The notes: generated by a model not told the origin, from the sequence alone. Counted from the stretch's first letter, positions 37,014-47,434 are shown. The stretch is 64,000 bases of DNA from an uncultured Nitrososphaerota archaeon (GCA_964416155.1 CAYQCW010000003.1:32001-96000), one strand, 5' to 3'. A program made the numbers and translations.

Positions 37014-38495
37014 TCAGACAAAGCTTATTTCAGCGAAGGTTCCGTTTTTAAGCTCCAGTATGCCTGCAATATTAGGAGTAGGCACTATACCCATTTGCTC
37101 CTGATATTTTGTTCTCTCTTGCCATGTTCCACTGTTGACAAGCCTAATCCCCTTATAGACCCTGCTTCTGAAGACATGAACGTGACCCGTGTGAAAAACG
37201 TCTGGAACATCCTCCACAACAAGCTCGTCAACACCCTGAGTCAAAAGAGGTGTCCTGGAACCGTAAACCGGTGCAAGATGCCTGAGCTGGAGCATCAGCT
37301 CCATAGAGTTGTCCGGCTTATCGTAACTAGCGTTTTTAGAGAAGGTAGCAATATCCTCCATGCTAGTGCCATGGTAAACCATGAATCGAACACCGTGCAG
37401 CGACACCGTGCATGGATTGCTTAGAGATAGAAGGTTCCCGTTGGCCTCCGCCTTCATGTATTCTCTGAATATGGGGGGTTGCGGGAGCGCCCTTGGCGCC
37501 GCATCATGGTTACCAGGTATCACTATTATCTTTATGTAGTCAGGTATTTGGCTTAGGATTTCCAAAAGCATTTCATACTGTTTCCCCACATCCTTAACCT
37601 GAAGCTCCTTCTCCTGCTGAGGATAAACACCAACCCCGTCTACAAGGTCTCCAGCTATAATAATATACTTGATTTTGAAGGCTTGACTACGCTCCCTCTC
37701 GTTCAACCCTCCTCCTCTCAGCCACCTCACCATTCTCCTGAAGGCCTTTTCAGAGAACTTCTGGCTACCGAAATGAATATCCGAGATCATTAATACTGAA
37801 ACATCCTCGTCGGCCATCCCGATCTTTTTCAGAGGAACATCCGGGAAAATCAGCGACTTGCAGAAAAGCTTTGAGCCTGAGACGCGGAAGGCTACTCCTA
37901 CCACGGAATCCGGGACAAGCCTGGCAATCTTCTCCCTCAAATCCCTGCCGCAGTCTTTAGGAATCATTATCTTCGCAGTTGTCTCGGGATCCTCCACAGT
38001 CAGATAGTTTTCATGCTTCTCATAGAGCATCACTATCGTCTTACCTTCTGAACCGTCTGGAAGACTACGTGTCTTCCTTAAGGGATAGTATGGCGATAAG
38101 TCAGCCCGGCTTCTCAGTATTGAGGATATTTTGCGATACCTGTCGACGAAGTACTGTCTCCTAGCTTCAAGATCGTCTGAAAAAGGTTTGGCCTCATACG
38201 TCTTTAAGACTTCAACCTTCGCCTCAACATCCCTAGCCAAAACCTGAGGATGACCCCCTATTGACACTTCAGACCTCGCCCGGTTGCCTATGAGCTGCGC
38301 GACAATCTCCCCGGAGACTACGAGGCTGCTCCCCTGCTCCCCAACCCTACCCGCCAGCTTGTCGAGCAGGCCTTGAATAGAGGTTTCATCATAGTTTTCA
38401 ACAAGCATTGAAAGCGCCTCAGGGTTTAAAAGCATCCCGCGGCGCGCAGCCTCCGTTAGGATTTTCCTCTTTACGGCTTCCTTATCTTGAGTCAA
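37014..38495 (-). CDS. DNA polymerase D small (proofreading) subunit DP1
   Basis: ISDIHFGS, AGDLVDGVGVYP, PGNHDA, YHG, RHLAP.YG, GHVH, NSGTWQ. Confidence 0.95.
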   Translation of the reverse strand: MTQDKEAVKRKILTEAARRGMLLNPEALSMLVENYDETSIQGLLDKLAGRVGEQGSSLVVSGEIVAQLIGNRARSEVSIGGHPQVLARDVEAKVEVLKTYEAKPFSDDLEARRQYFVDRYRKISSILRSRADLSPYYPLRKTRSLPDGSEGKTIVMLYEKHENYLTVEDPETTAKIMIPKDCGRDLREKIARLVPDSVVGVAFRVSGSKLFCKSLIFPDVPLKKIGMADEDVSVLMISDIHFGSQKFSEKAFRRMVRWLRGGGLNERERSQAFKIKYIIIAGDLVDGVGVYPQQEKELQVKDVGKQYEMLLEILSQIPDYIKIIVIPGNHDAAPRALPQPPIFREYMKAEANGNLLSLSNPCTVSLHGVRFMVYHGTSMEDIATFSKNASYDKPDNSMELMLQLRHLAPVYGSRTPLLTQGVDELVVEDVPDVFHTGHVHVFRSRVYKGIRLVNSGTWQERTKYQEQMGIVPTPNIAGILELKNGTFAEISFV

Positions 38496-38605
38496 CCAAT
38501 CAAGGAATAATAGCGACGGTTAAGTTAAACCTTGCCTCCCCTGTTAGGCCCACAGGGCTACGGAAAGTTTATTTACTTTAGCTAGAGGCAGTTAACAGGC
38601 CTGCA

Positions 38606-38785
38606 ATGTCTAAGAAGCGTTCGAAGAAGGATAGGCAGAGTTCACGCCTCCCGGCTGGAACAGCCGGGCTCCTCAGCACCCTGGGTGAAAAAGGAAAGGG
38701 TTTCCAGATTAAGCCAGTAGTAATCGTTATTCTTTCCGCAGCTCTGATAGTGGGGAGCATTCTAATACTATTGCTGAATATATAG
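38606..38785 (+). CDS. Sec61beta/SecG-like translocon subunit, 59 aa, absent from the ORF track
   Basis: MSKKRSKK..PAGTAGLL..IKP followed by a single C-terminal TM. Confidence 0.85.
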   Translation: MSKKRSKKDRQSSRLPAGTAGLLSTLGEKGKGFQIKPVVIVILSAALIVGSILILLLNI

Positions 38786-38788
38786 GGA

Positions 38789-40558
38789 TTGTCTTCCGCA
38801 GACTCTTCCCGCCACCTTAGGCTCCTTTTTTCATTCCCGTCTTTAAGCATTATTCTCCTCGCAAACCTTATGTTAGAATCACTTGTTTCACTAGCAATGC
38901 TTTCATTATTCTCATTTTTTAAAACGTTCCCGCAAACACTAGTTGTTTTTTTCACACCATCCGTGTTCTCGACATTAATACACCGTGTTTTTTTCAATCG
39001 AGACGCGGTTTTCACGCTAAGAAGGTTTTTCGCACTCCAACTAGTTCAAGAAGCGCTATACGCGTTTCTAGTGATCGCCGGGGCTCTAACCAGTGTCCTG
39101 CTCCCCGTTGAGCCAAGCCACGCCATCCCCTGTGCAACACTATTCGGAATCGCCGTCTCCTCCTTCATATCTTTCCTAGTCATAACAGGTTTCTCCAGGA
39201 GGAGTATGCCCAGCATTCTTACGGTCTCACTGCTGAACATGGTTCTACAATCGTTCCGTTGGATAGTTGCGAGCATTATTCTCTTTGAAAATCTGACGGA
39301 GGTTTTGGCAGTGATACTGTTGGCATTCTCAACAGGCATATTACTGCTTGTGACCCTGAGCCTTAAAAGGGTCAGGGGTAAAACCTCGCCTTTAACAGTA
39401 TTCCAAGCATACCTGGATTACTATTTCAACAGAAACGGGGAGCCTCTTGAAAGGTTTTTTGAAGAGGCAAGCCGGGAGAACAGTCTGAGGCTTTCCACAG
39501 CCACTTTCACAACCATTGGGAAGCCACCCATATCCTTAATAGGTCTGAACATTCATTTCGGGCCCTTCGGAACACTTGGCAGCAGCACTCTGCCAAGCAG
39601 CCTAGTTGAGAAGATGGAGGGCGAGGGTGGGCGTCGAATAATGCTGTTACGCTCCCTTTCAGACCATAGTCTCAACCTTCCCTCGAAGAGAGAAGTTGAG
39701 AAAGCAGGCAGCATGATAATGGCCTGTTTGAATTCGGCTAGGAGGCTTGAAGATTTTCCGGTTGGCTTCTCCCAGAAGGAAGCTGAAGGATACTGTGTCA
39801 CCGCGGCCCGCTTAGGCCCATACTGCATAGTCTTCCTGTCTTGCCCAGGCCACTCGGTTGAGGACCTTCCACCGGAATGGCTGCCGATGCTCTCAAGCGT
39901 GGTTGAGAAAAAAGGTTTAACCCCCCTCCTCATATGCGACGCGCACAACTCTATAGACCCTTCCAGCTGGAAGGTGAGCAGCCCAGACGAGAAGATTTTC
40001 GCAAGCCTGCTCGGAGAAGCGGTAAACGACTTGGAGAAAAACCCGAGGAAAACCTTGAAAATAGGTTTCCACAGGATTACGCCTAAGGGTCTTCCCAGTG
40101 AAGAAGTAGGCCCAAGCGGGGTTTCAGGCCTGGTTTTCAACGTGGACGGTGAGAACCACGTTATCATGGTGATCGACGGCAACAACATGGTCATTGGGGT
40201 TAGGAGCATCTTGGCTGAAAGCCTCAGGAGACGTTTCAACGTTTCAACGCTGGAGATAATCACTACGGACACGCATGTTTTAACCGGTTTGAAAAAGGCT
40301 GAGAAGGGGTATTTCCCAGTCGGGTTTAAGACGAGCGTTGAATCTCTGCTTGAAGCATGCGGGGAAACCTTGTCCCGAGCGTTGGAGGAAGCCTCACCAT
40401 GCGGGCTGGAGGTTTATGTGGATGACGCTAAACCAGTCAGAGTTACGGGCGATATTTTCAGGGAGCTGGAGAGGATCGTGGAATACTCTGAGAAAACCAT
40501 CATGCTACTGATGATACTGCTTTTCCTTTTAACTGGCTTCCTGCTCTACGTTCTCTAA
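38789..40558 (+). CDS. DUF2070 family membrane protein
   Basis: N-terminal TMs; HFGPFGTLGSS.LP, DAHNS, DGNNM, TTDTH. Confidence 0.88.
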   Translation: MSSADSSRHLRLLFSFPSLSIILLANLMLESLVSLAMLSLFSFFKTFPQTLVVFFTPSVFSTLIHRVFFNRDAVFTLRRFFALQLVQEALYAFLVIAGALTSVLLPVEPSHAIPCATLFGIAVSSFISFLVITGFSRRSMPSILTVSLLNMVLQSFRWIVASIILFENLTEVLAVILLAFSTGILLLVTLSLKRVRGKTSPLTVFQAYLDYYFNRNGEPLERFFEEASRENSLRLSTATFTTIGKPPISLIGLNIHFGPFGTLGSSTLPSSLVEKMEGEGGRRIMLLRSLSDHSLNLPSKREVEKAGSMIMACLNSARRLEDFPVGFSQKEAEGYCVTAARLGPYCIVFLSCPGHSVEDLPPEWLPMLSSVVEKKGLTPLLICDAHNSIDPSSWKVSSPDEKIFASLLGEAVNDLEKNPRKTLKIGFHRITPKGLPSEEVGPSGVSGLVFNVDGENHVIMVIDGNNMVIGVRSILAESLRRRFNVSTLEIITTDTHVLTGLKKAEKGYFPVGFKTSVESLLEACGETLSRALEEASPCGLEVYVDDAKPVRVTGDIFRELERIVEYSEKTIMLLMILLFLLTGFLLYVL

Positions 40559-40559
40559 C

Positions 40560-40838
40560 TCATGTCGAATGAGGGTTTTTAAGAACTATTTCTATAACAG
40601 GAATTATCCTCGAGTTTTCAGCAGCATTAACATCCTCAACTATTCTGATCTCAAGAATCTGAGTCCCAGCCACGTTTCTGCGGAGAAGATTCGCCACGTC
40701 AACAGCCCTAGAAATGTTGCTACCCCTCCCTCGTATTGTTAGGGTTTTACTGCCGCTGTTGAAAACAGTGATGCAGGCAGTAACATAGTTCCACGGCTTC
40801 TTCTTCCCGACGACCACTATAGGGCTACTGCTCAACAC
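40560..40838 (-). CDS. albA: Alba chromatin/RNA-binding protein
   Basis: VGKKKPWNYV..IRGRG.NISRAVDVA..IEIVL. Confidence 0.92.
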   Translation of the reverse strand: MLSSSPIVVVGKKKPWNYVTACITVFNSGSKTLTIRGRGSNISRAVDVANLLRRNVAGTQILEIRIVEDVNAAENSRIIPVIEIVLKNPHST

Positions 40839-42327
40839 CTATCTCCTCCACCTCACTGTCGCCAGTAACCTCTACACGTATCCCCCTAATACCCCTCTCC
40901 CTAACGTTACACCATTTTATCCTAACGCTTCTCCCAGGAGTCAACCACGATATTTTACCAGTGTTTTCACGCCAAGCCACTACCTCAACCAACCCAGTAT
41001 CATCAACAAGATTGAAACGGCATGTTTTTATTCTTTCACCTGAGGCTGAAACAATCTCCTGCTCCTCAGGCTTGCTGGAGACAACCCCCTCCACGTGAAT
41101 CCTTCTCAAGCCTGGTTCAAGCTCACTCACCCTGTAAACCTCCTCAGGAACCCTTAAGCCGGGCATGCCCTCCTCAACCCTGACTATCGTGGTCACTGAA
41201 GCGGTGCTCAGCAAAACCTGCCTCCCCCAGCGCTTTGGAACCAAGTTCAGGAAACACACTTTCTTACCCTCTCCTATCTGCTTAAGCCTGTCTACAAGAC
41301 TGTTCCAAACTGTTAAAACAGTGTACGACTCCCCGTCTGAAACAATAACATCCATAAACCTTCTCAGTCTGCCGCCGACTGCAACAACATTCTCAGAGAA
41401 CATTTTAAGAATGAAGAGCTTAAGGTTTACAGGCTTGCCCGAGCCTATTGTGGAGAGAGTAGCATAATCCACATCCTCCGCCCCGCCCACAACCTCTATG
41501 CAGCCGAGCGAGTCCAGTTCAAGCTCCAGGTTACCGCTTAAACCCCTTCTAACCCTTGCACCAGCAACCAGAACCGTGCTGAAAACATCCTTCTCAGAAA
41601 TCTTCCCAGAATGCTCCTGCCAAAGGGTTAACGGCACCCTAACATCCTCCTCGGCCAAGACAATTCTTCTTACAGCACCCTCACCACCCCTAGGATCAGT
41701 GAAAGTCTTAAGCTCTGAGACACCGGCTACAGTCGCCTTAACGTTAACAATATTGTCTGAGTAACCTATGTTCCCAATCCTCTTGAAGAACAATTCTCTC
41801 GCAGGCATGTCTAAACTTTCCTCAGCCTTTGAAACACTCCCCATGTTGCCCAGGTGAATCTCGACGGTGCCGAGCCTACCCTCCTTGCTGTAGGCCCTGC
41901 TAACCCTGACAACGTCCCCCGGCTGGATGTTTAACTCCCTCAGCAGGCCAGCCTTCTCCCTCCACAAGTACAGGTAGCACCATCCCGAGGAGTCCCCCAG
42001 AATTACCCTTGTTATCGGAATCCTCTCACCGTTGGATTCAACCTCCTTAGGCTCGAGAATAGCAATAACCCTCCCACGCGTAGAAATGTTCGTCAAACCT
42101 GAGACTATATTCCCTATCTTAACCTCTTTCTCTAGCGAGACCTCCTCAAGCCTGACGCCCAGCTCGTTCGCTACGCTGAAAACAGCCCAAACCTCCCTGT
42201 AAGCCTCACTAACTCTGGCTTCCCTCTTCCTCTCCTCAATCATGCAAAGAAGATCCTCCCTAGTAATGTCTCTCCTCCTTTCAAGGATCGTTTCAACGTA
42301 CCTGCGGATAAGCTCCTCTCTAGACAC
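40825..42327 (-). CDS. rpa: Multi-OB-fold single-stranded DNA-binding protein (RPA-like)
   Basis: N-terminal helical domain plus about 4 OB folds (GDSSG..LW, LTLW, SDG..VW, DDTG.VEVVAW). Confidence 0.8.
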   Translation of the reverse strand: MSREELIRRYVETILERRRDITREDLLCMIEERKREARVSEAYREVWAVFSVANELGVRLEEVSLEKEVKIGNIVSGLTNISTRGRVIAILEPKEVESNGERIPITRVILGDSSGWCYLYLWREKAGLLRELNIQPGDVVRVSRAYSKEGRLGTVEIHLGNMGSVSKAEESLDMPARELFFKRIGNIGYSDNIVNVKATVAGVSELKTFTDPRGGEGAVRRIVLAEEDVRVPLTLWQEHSGKISEKDVFSTVLVAGARVRRGLSGNLELELDSLGCIEVVGGAEDVDYATLSTIGSGKPVNLKLFILKMFSENVVAVGGRLRRFMDVIVSDGESYTVLTVWNSLVDRLKQIGEGKKVCFLNLVPKRWGRQVLLSTASVTTIVRVEEGMPGLRVPEEVYRVSELEPGLRRIHVEGVVSSKPEEQEIVSASGERIKTCRFNLVDDTGLVEVVAWRENTGKISWLTPGRSVRIKWCNVRERGIRGIRVEVTGDSEVEEIGVEQ

Positions 42328-42582
42328 GCCTGCCCTCTCCCTTTTTCACATCCCTCTTTGAGAACCGCTTGGTGAGTATTTACACATAGCTCTACCTCTG
42401 AGCCTGACGCTTAACAGTCCTACTTGCGATAAAGTATATTAACACTATTAAAGCACCCACTGCCAACACTAGGGAAACTGTCTCCAGCATTTTTACGAAG
42501 TCGTTAACACTCATTACCAGAGGTAGTCAAGGTAAAGGTTAATAAGCTTTATTTACGACTGGAAACCAGTTGGTGGTACGGG

Positions 42583-43218
42583 TTGAGCGGAGAAGAAGGA
42601 GTGAAATTCCCCCTTTCAGAAGCCTTCTCGTTCAGTCTTGAAAGCATTAAACGCAGATTCGGAAGAGCACTCGTAACAATGGCTTCAATCGTCCTAGGAA
42701 TATCCTTTCTAACCTTCCTCCTGACCACGGGCAGAATAGTCTCAGTCCTATACGGGGAGGGCTCCGGAGTAGCAGTACAGTTCTACCAGCTTTGGATGGC
42801 GGTAATAGCCCTCTTAATATGCTCCGTCGGAATAGTGAACAGCATGCTCATGAGCGTCACAGAAAGATACAAGGAGATAGGAACCATGAAGTGTCTGGGC
42901 GCGATGAACACGCACGTGCTCGAAATATTCCTAATAGAGGCTTTATTACTCGGCTTCATCGGCGGCCTCATCGGCGCCGTAGCAGGATGGATAATAGCAA
43001 CAGTATGGCAAGCCTTCACGCAAGCCTCACCCGTAAACATATTCATGGTTTCCGCAAGCCTGTGGACAGAGTTCAACGTCAGCAACCCGCTACTCCTACT
43101 GGCAAACCCGCTGATAGCCATAGCTTTAAGCGTAGTCATAGCACTGCTAGCAGCACTGGCACCAGCATACATAGCTGCGAAACTAAGCCCGACGGAAGCC
43201 TTAAGATACGAGGTGTAG
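42583..43218 (+). CDS. ABC transporter permease (FtsX/MacB-like)
   Basis: NSMLMSVTERYKEIGTMKCLGA, AAKLSPTEALRYE. Confidence 0.9.
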   Translation: MSGEEGVKFPLSEAFSFSLESIKRRFGRALVTMASIVLGISFLTFLLTTGRIVSVLYGEGSGVAVQFYQLWMAVIALLICSVGIVNSMLMSVTERYKEIGTMKCLGAMNTHVLEIFLIEALLLGFIGGLIGAVAGWIIATVWQAFTQASPVNIFMVSASLWTEFNVSNPLLLLANPLIAIALSVVIALLAALAPAYIAAKLSPTEALRYEV

Positions 43219-43233
43219 AAGGAGGATAGGGAA

Positions 43234-43959
43234 ATGACTCTCAGATATGAGTACGCGGTTGAAACCGAGGACCTGGCGAAATACTACGTCATGGGGCCGG
43301 TGACGGTCAGAGCACTAGACGGGGTCAGCGTGAAAATCAGAAGATCAGAATACCTCTCAATAATGGGGCCCTCGGGAAGCGGCAAGACAACATTCTTCAA
43401 CATGGTTGGAGGACTAGACAGGCCGACCAGAGGAAAAGTCTTCATCGACGAGGTTGACATAGCAAGCCTAGACGCCTACGAGCTCGCATGGCTCAGGGCA
43501 AAGAAAATAGGCTACATATTCCAAACGTTCAACCTAATACCCGTACTAACAGCCCTAGAAAACGTTACACTACCAATGGTGTTCACAGGCGTCGAAAGAG
43601 AAGAGAGGCTGAGAAGAGCAAGAGAAATGCTAACCAGAGTCGGCCTAGGAGAAAGACTAGACCACAAGCCCGGAGAACTCTCAGGAGGACAACAGCAAAG
43701 AGTAGCAATAGCAAGAGCACTAGTCAACGACCCAGTAATAGTCCTAGCAGACGAGCCCACAGGAAACCTCGACCTACACACAGGACTAGAAATAATCAAC
43801 CTCCTGAAAACACTAAACACGGAGAAAAAGGTCACGATAATAAACGCCACCCACGACCTCAAAATGATCGACGTCAGCGACCGCATTTTTTGGTTACGTG
43901 ATGGCAAGATTGAGAGGATTGAGACTAGGGCCGAGGTTGCTGTCAAAGAAGTAGAGTAA
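43234..43959 (+). CDS. ABC transporter ATPase (LolD/MacB-like)
   Basis: GPSGSGKTT, LSGGQQQRVAIARAL, LADEPTGNLD. Confidence 0.95.
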   Translation: MTLRYEYAVETEDLAKYYVMGPVTVRALDGVSVKIRRSEYLSIMGPSGSGKTTFFNMVGGLDRPTRGKVFIDEVDIASLDAYELAWLRAKKIGYIFQTFNLIPVLTALENVTLPMVFTGVEREERLRRAREMLTRVGLGERLDHKPGELSGGQQQRVAIARALVNDPVIVLADEPTGNLDLHTGLEIINLLKTLNTEKKVTIINATHDLKMIDVSDRIFWLRDGKIERIETRAEVAVKEVE

Positions 43960-43973
43960 TAGATATAAATACT

Positions 43974-44000
43974 ATTTTTCTTTAATCTTTTTTAATTTTC
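43974..44000 (+). terminator. Probable oligo-T terminator of the ABC operon
   Basis: TTTTTCTTTAATCTTTTTTAATTTTC just downstream of the stop codon. Confidence 0.45.
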
Positions 44001-44494
44001 TACAGAATAATATTATTGCAAATCGCACCCTTCTTTAAGATAAGAGAAAAAGAAATGGATTTTACCCCCTTAGCCTATGCTTACAAGCTCTGGCTGGGCA
44101 CTGGTTAACTATCTAGCGGCGTCCAGCCTGTCCAACCATCTTCATGAATGTTGAACCATATTCGTAGCCATTCTCAAAACACTGCCTGAGCAATCTTTTC
44201 AGGCATCTGGGACAGTTGTTAAAACACCAGATACTGGTCTGCATTTCTCCTAGCGCGCGCTTAAGATAGCATCGGAATTCGAAAGAGTCCCTGAAAAAAT
44301 ACGAGTTGGAAATCATAAGGTCTGCGAGGATTGAGTTCGAGTACCTTAGAATTAAAAAACCTTAGGGAAGATAGAAAGATTAAGGATGTGATTTTAGAGG
44401 AAATCAGTTCTCAAAAATAAGGCCTGGCTGCATCAAAAATATGAACAGGACTTACCATAAAAGTTTGATGTAAAGTGGGATTTGCTAAGAACCG

Positions 44495-44911
44495 TTAGAG
44501 GATAATAAGCGTCTTAAAGCAAACAGAATTGCGTGTTAGGATCTTTGGAGCGGGACGCCTATTCTTGAAGAATCTGCGCAGAAAGTAGCTGCTTGCAAGA
44601 AGTATTGCGCCACATAAGGTTATGTTCCTCGGCCACTCAACTGAAGGGTAAACCACAAATGGTGAAAGGACCGTTATCAGGATAGCCTTATGGAGTTCAT
44701 TCTTTAAAATTCCAGTTTCGTCCAATATTCCGATTAACGGGAAACAGAATAATGGTAAAAGTCTTATGAAAACCGAGATAATCCTGTTCCATAAGATAAA
44801 AACGCATTGCTATAGCAATACTTACAACAGATAATAGCATAAAGAGGCGCGCTCTGACAGTATGGAAACAATCTCTTCTTTCTTAAACGTCTTAAGTAGT
44901 TATCCAACCAT
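44495..44911 (-). pseudogene. Possible decayed membrane-protein gene in an AT-rich tract
   Basis: Hydrophobic reading frame interrupted by stops upstream of the 76-aa remnant. Confidence 0.3.
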
Positions 44912-45018
44912 GCTAGTTACAATTTTCCATGAACAGCCTGTTCTAAATATTCGAACAAAGTGTCCCAAAATCTAGGATAATTAAGCCGTAGGATTGACTA
45001 TAGGTGGTGTAAACCCGG

Positions 45019-46869
45019 ATGGCGAGAAGCAGTTTAATAAGAGGATTGGTTACAGCCCTTTCATTGATTCTGATTACCTCAACCTTCTTAACGGCTTTCA
45101 TTGTCCAAATGAACGAGGAGAACAGTATTGGAGGTTTGAAGAGCTTCAACACATATGAGGAGATCAGGAGATTCGTAAAGGCTAGGGCTGTCGAGATTCT
45201 TTACGTTAACCGCTTGTTTTACCGTTTCTCCATCCCCCTCCTGGCGGATAGCGCATTCGGGGTTTCCAAGGGTGTCTTTGAGTACTCCCCAACTAATATT
45301 CAGGTCTCTGGCGTGGATGAGGCAGACACGGTTAAGACGGATGGCAGATACATCTACATGATTTCTGAAAACAGTGTTTTCATAGTTGAAGCCTACCCTC
45401 CTGAGAGCATGAGGAAGGCCTCCAAGATTACTGTAGACGGGTATCCCGTAGGATTGTTTGCTAACGATGACAGGCTTGCAGTAATAATGCATGAGGACCT
45501 CCTGCTGAAGGATGATTACTACGGGTCGTGGGGGGTCTCGTTGGCTATTTATGATGTTTCTGATGCTCAGAACCCTAGGCTCATTAGGAAAATCTCTGCT
45601 GAGGGAGGATACGTTAGCTCGAGAATGATTGGGAAGCATGTTTACATGGTTACAACTAAGCCGGCAGTCAGTCCTCTCGAGAAAGATGTTAAAGTCCTAT
45701 TCCCCAGGATTATTGTAAACGGCGTCGTCGCCACAATCCCAGCTGATAAAATATTTTACTCGAACGGGACTGAAGCTCCGGAGAGCTACACGATCATAAC
45801 CGCGACTGATGTTTCCGCTGAAGAAGGAGGGGTGGAGTCTAAAGCCGTGTTAACAGGTTACGCCTCCTGCATGTATGTTTCCTTGAGCAACATATATATC
45901 GCGATGCCCAGGTGGATCCGCGGCGGAGGGGAATCCACGGAGATACACAGGATCAGGATTAATGGCCTCGAGATAGAGTGTGAGGCGAGCGGCGAGGTCC
46001 CTGGAAGTGTTTTAAACCAGTTTTCAATGGACGAGTATCAAGGCTATTTCAGAATCGCCACAACCACGGGCCATGTTGCAAGGTTTCTCAGCGAGGCCAC
46101 CAGCGCCAACCATGTTTACATATTAGACTCCAAGAACCTTGAGATTGTTGGCAGGCTTGAAAACCTTGCTCCCGGCGAGGAGATATACTCGGCCAGATTT
46201 ATGGGTGCAAGATGCTACCTCGTAACGTTCAAAAAGGTCGATCCTCTTTTCACAATAGACCTCAGCAACCCTGCTGAGCCAAAGGTATTGGGCAAGCTTA
46301 AGATACCCGGCTATTCAGACTATCTTCACCCTTATGACGAGAACTATCTGATAGGAATAGGTAAGGAGACGGTTGAGGCGGAGGAGGGAGATTTCGCATG
46401 GTACCAAGGCTTGAAAATATCTTTGTTCGACGTTTCAAACGTTACCAGCCCTAGGGAGGTTGGGAAAATCATCGTTGGTGACAGGGGGACGGATTCGCCT
46501 GCCCTACGGGATCATCACGCACTGCTCTTCGACAAGAATAGGAATCTACTTGTAATACCGATTCTGGAGGCAAAGATTTTCCGCGAAAAATACTCCGGCA
46601 ACATACCGCCAAACACTTACGGCGAATATGTTTTTCAAGGAGCATATGTATTCAGAGTTTCACCGGAAGAAGGGATTACGCTTAGAGGTAGAATAACGCA
46701 TCTGGAAGATCAGGAGGAGCTTGATAAAAGCGGGTACTACTTCAGCTCGAAGTACACGGTGATGAGAAGCCTATACGTGGGTGACGTGATCTACACGGTT
46801 TCCAGTGGAAAGATCAAGGCTAACAGTCTGACAGACCTTTCAGAAATCTCTAAGGTCGAGCTGAATTAA
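45019..46869 (+). CDS. Secreted/membrane-anchored beta-propeller domain protein
   Basis: N-terminal TM; YSPTNIQVSGVDEADTVKTDG, LNQFSMDEY, IYSARF, DPLF.IDL, LKIPGYSDYLHPY. Confidence 0.9.
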   Translation: MARSSLIRGLVTALSLILITSTFLTAFIVQMNEENSIGGLKSFNTYEEIRRFVKARAVEILYVNRLFYRFSIPLLADSAFGVSKGVFEYSPTNIQVSGVDEADTVKTDGRYIYMISENSVFIVEAYPPESMRKASKITVDGYPVGLFANDDRLAVIMHEDLLLKDDYYGSWGVSLAIYDVSDAQNPRLIRKISAEGGYVSSRMIGKHVYMVTTKPAVSPLEKDVKVLFPRIIVNGVVATIPADKIFYSNGTEAPESYTIITATDVSAEEGGVESKAVLTGYASCMYVSLSNIYIAMPRWIRGGGESTEIHRIRINGLEIECEASGEVPGSVLNQFSMDEYQGYFRIATTTGHVARFLSEATSANHVYILDSKNLEIVGRLENLAPGEEIYSARFMGARCYLVTFKKVDPLFTIDLSNPAEPKVLGKLKIPGYSDYLHPYDENYLIGIGKETVEAEEGDFAWYQGLKISLFDVSNVTSPREVGKIIVGDRGTDSPALRDHHALLFDKNRNLLVIPILEAKIFREKYSGNIPPNTYGEYVFQGAYVFRVSPEEGITLRGRITHLEDQEELDKSGYYFSSKYTVMRSLYVGDVIYTVSSGKIKANSLTDLSEISKVELN

Positions 46870-46903
46870 CCCAGTCATATTTTTCTAATTTTAAAGAACT
46901 CTT

Positions 46904-47283
46904 TTAATCCCAGTACCTCGTTTTCAAGCCTCTTTGCATACTCCTTATCTGAAAAAGGCTTTGAGACGCTTCACTGGTGTCGTAAGCGTCTATAACCTCC
47001 TCCTTTAGTGTTACAGAATATCTTGCGCCAGGATCTATCTCGTCAAGCATCTGGATGAGAACCTTTCTCTCCTCCTCAGGCATTATTCTTCTATCTATCA
47101 TGGCAGCGGTCGACAGCATAGCCGGTTGCAATTCCTCTGTAAACAGGTACTGAATAGAAACCTGCGTACTTTCTTTCCAGACCCTCTGGCCCAGGCCTCG
47201 TCACAACACGCTCTGTCTCTTCAGTAAGCCTAATAGGGTCGAAAGGCTAAGCCCTGGACTAGAAACCTTTGATACTCCTCCAT
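46904..47283 (-). pseudogene. Internally deleted, frameshifted radical SAM protein remnant
   Basis: One frame reads FDPIRLTEETERVVTR..ERKYAGFYSVPVYRGIATGYAV, the segment that precedes the CxxxCxxC motif in an archaeal radical SAM family; it then jumps to a C-terminal-like piece and no Cys motif remains. Confidence 0.55.
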
Positions 47284-47434
47284 TTTCCACCCGATTGACA
47301 TGAGGTAGAAGCCTAATAAACGGAGACGCGGCACGTAAAAAATCTCTTAGGACCTCCGACTAGCCTTTTTCCGCTACTTTGACAGAAATACTTGTAGGAG
47401 ATTACCTAGCACGCGCTTGAGCTGGCAACAAAAG

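Noticed and set aside
42792-43901. Long alternative-frame ORFs (145 aa and 137 aa) over the ABC genes as overprinted genes
   Set aside because: Explained by the scarcity of T at wobble positions, which removes stop codons; low-complexity R/K/S/T products
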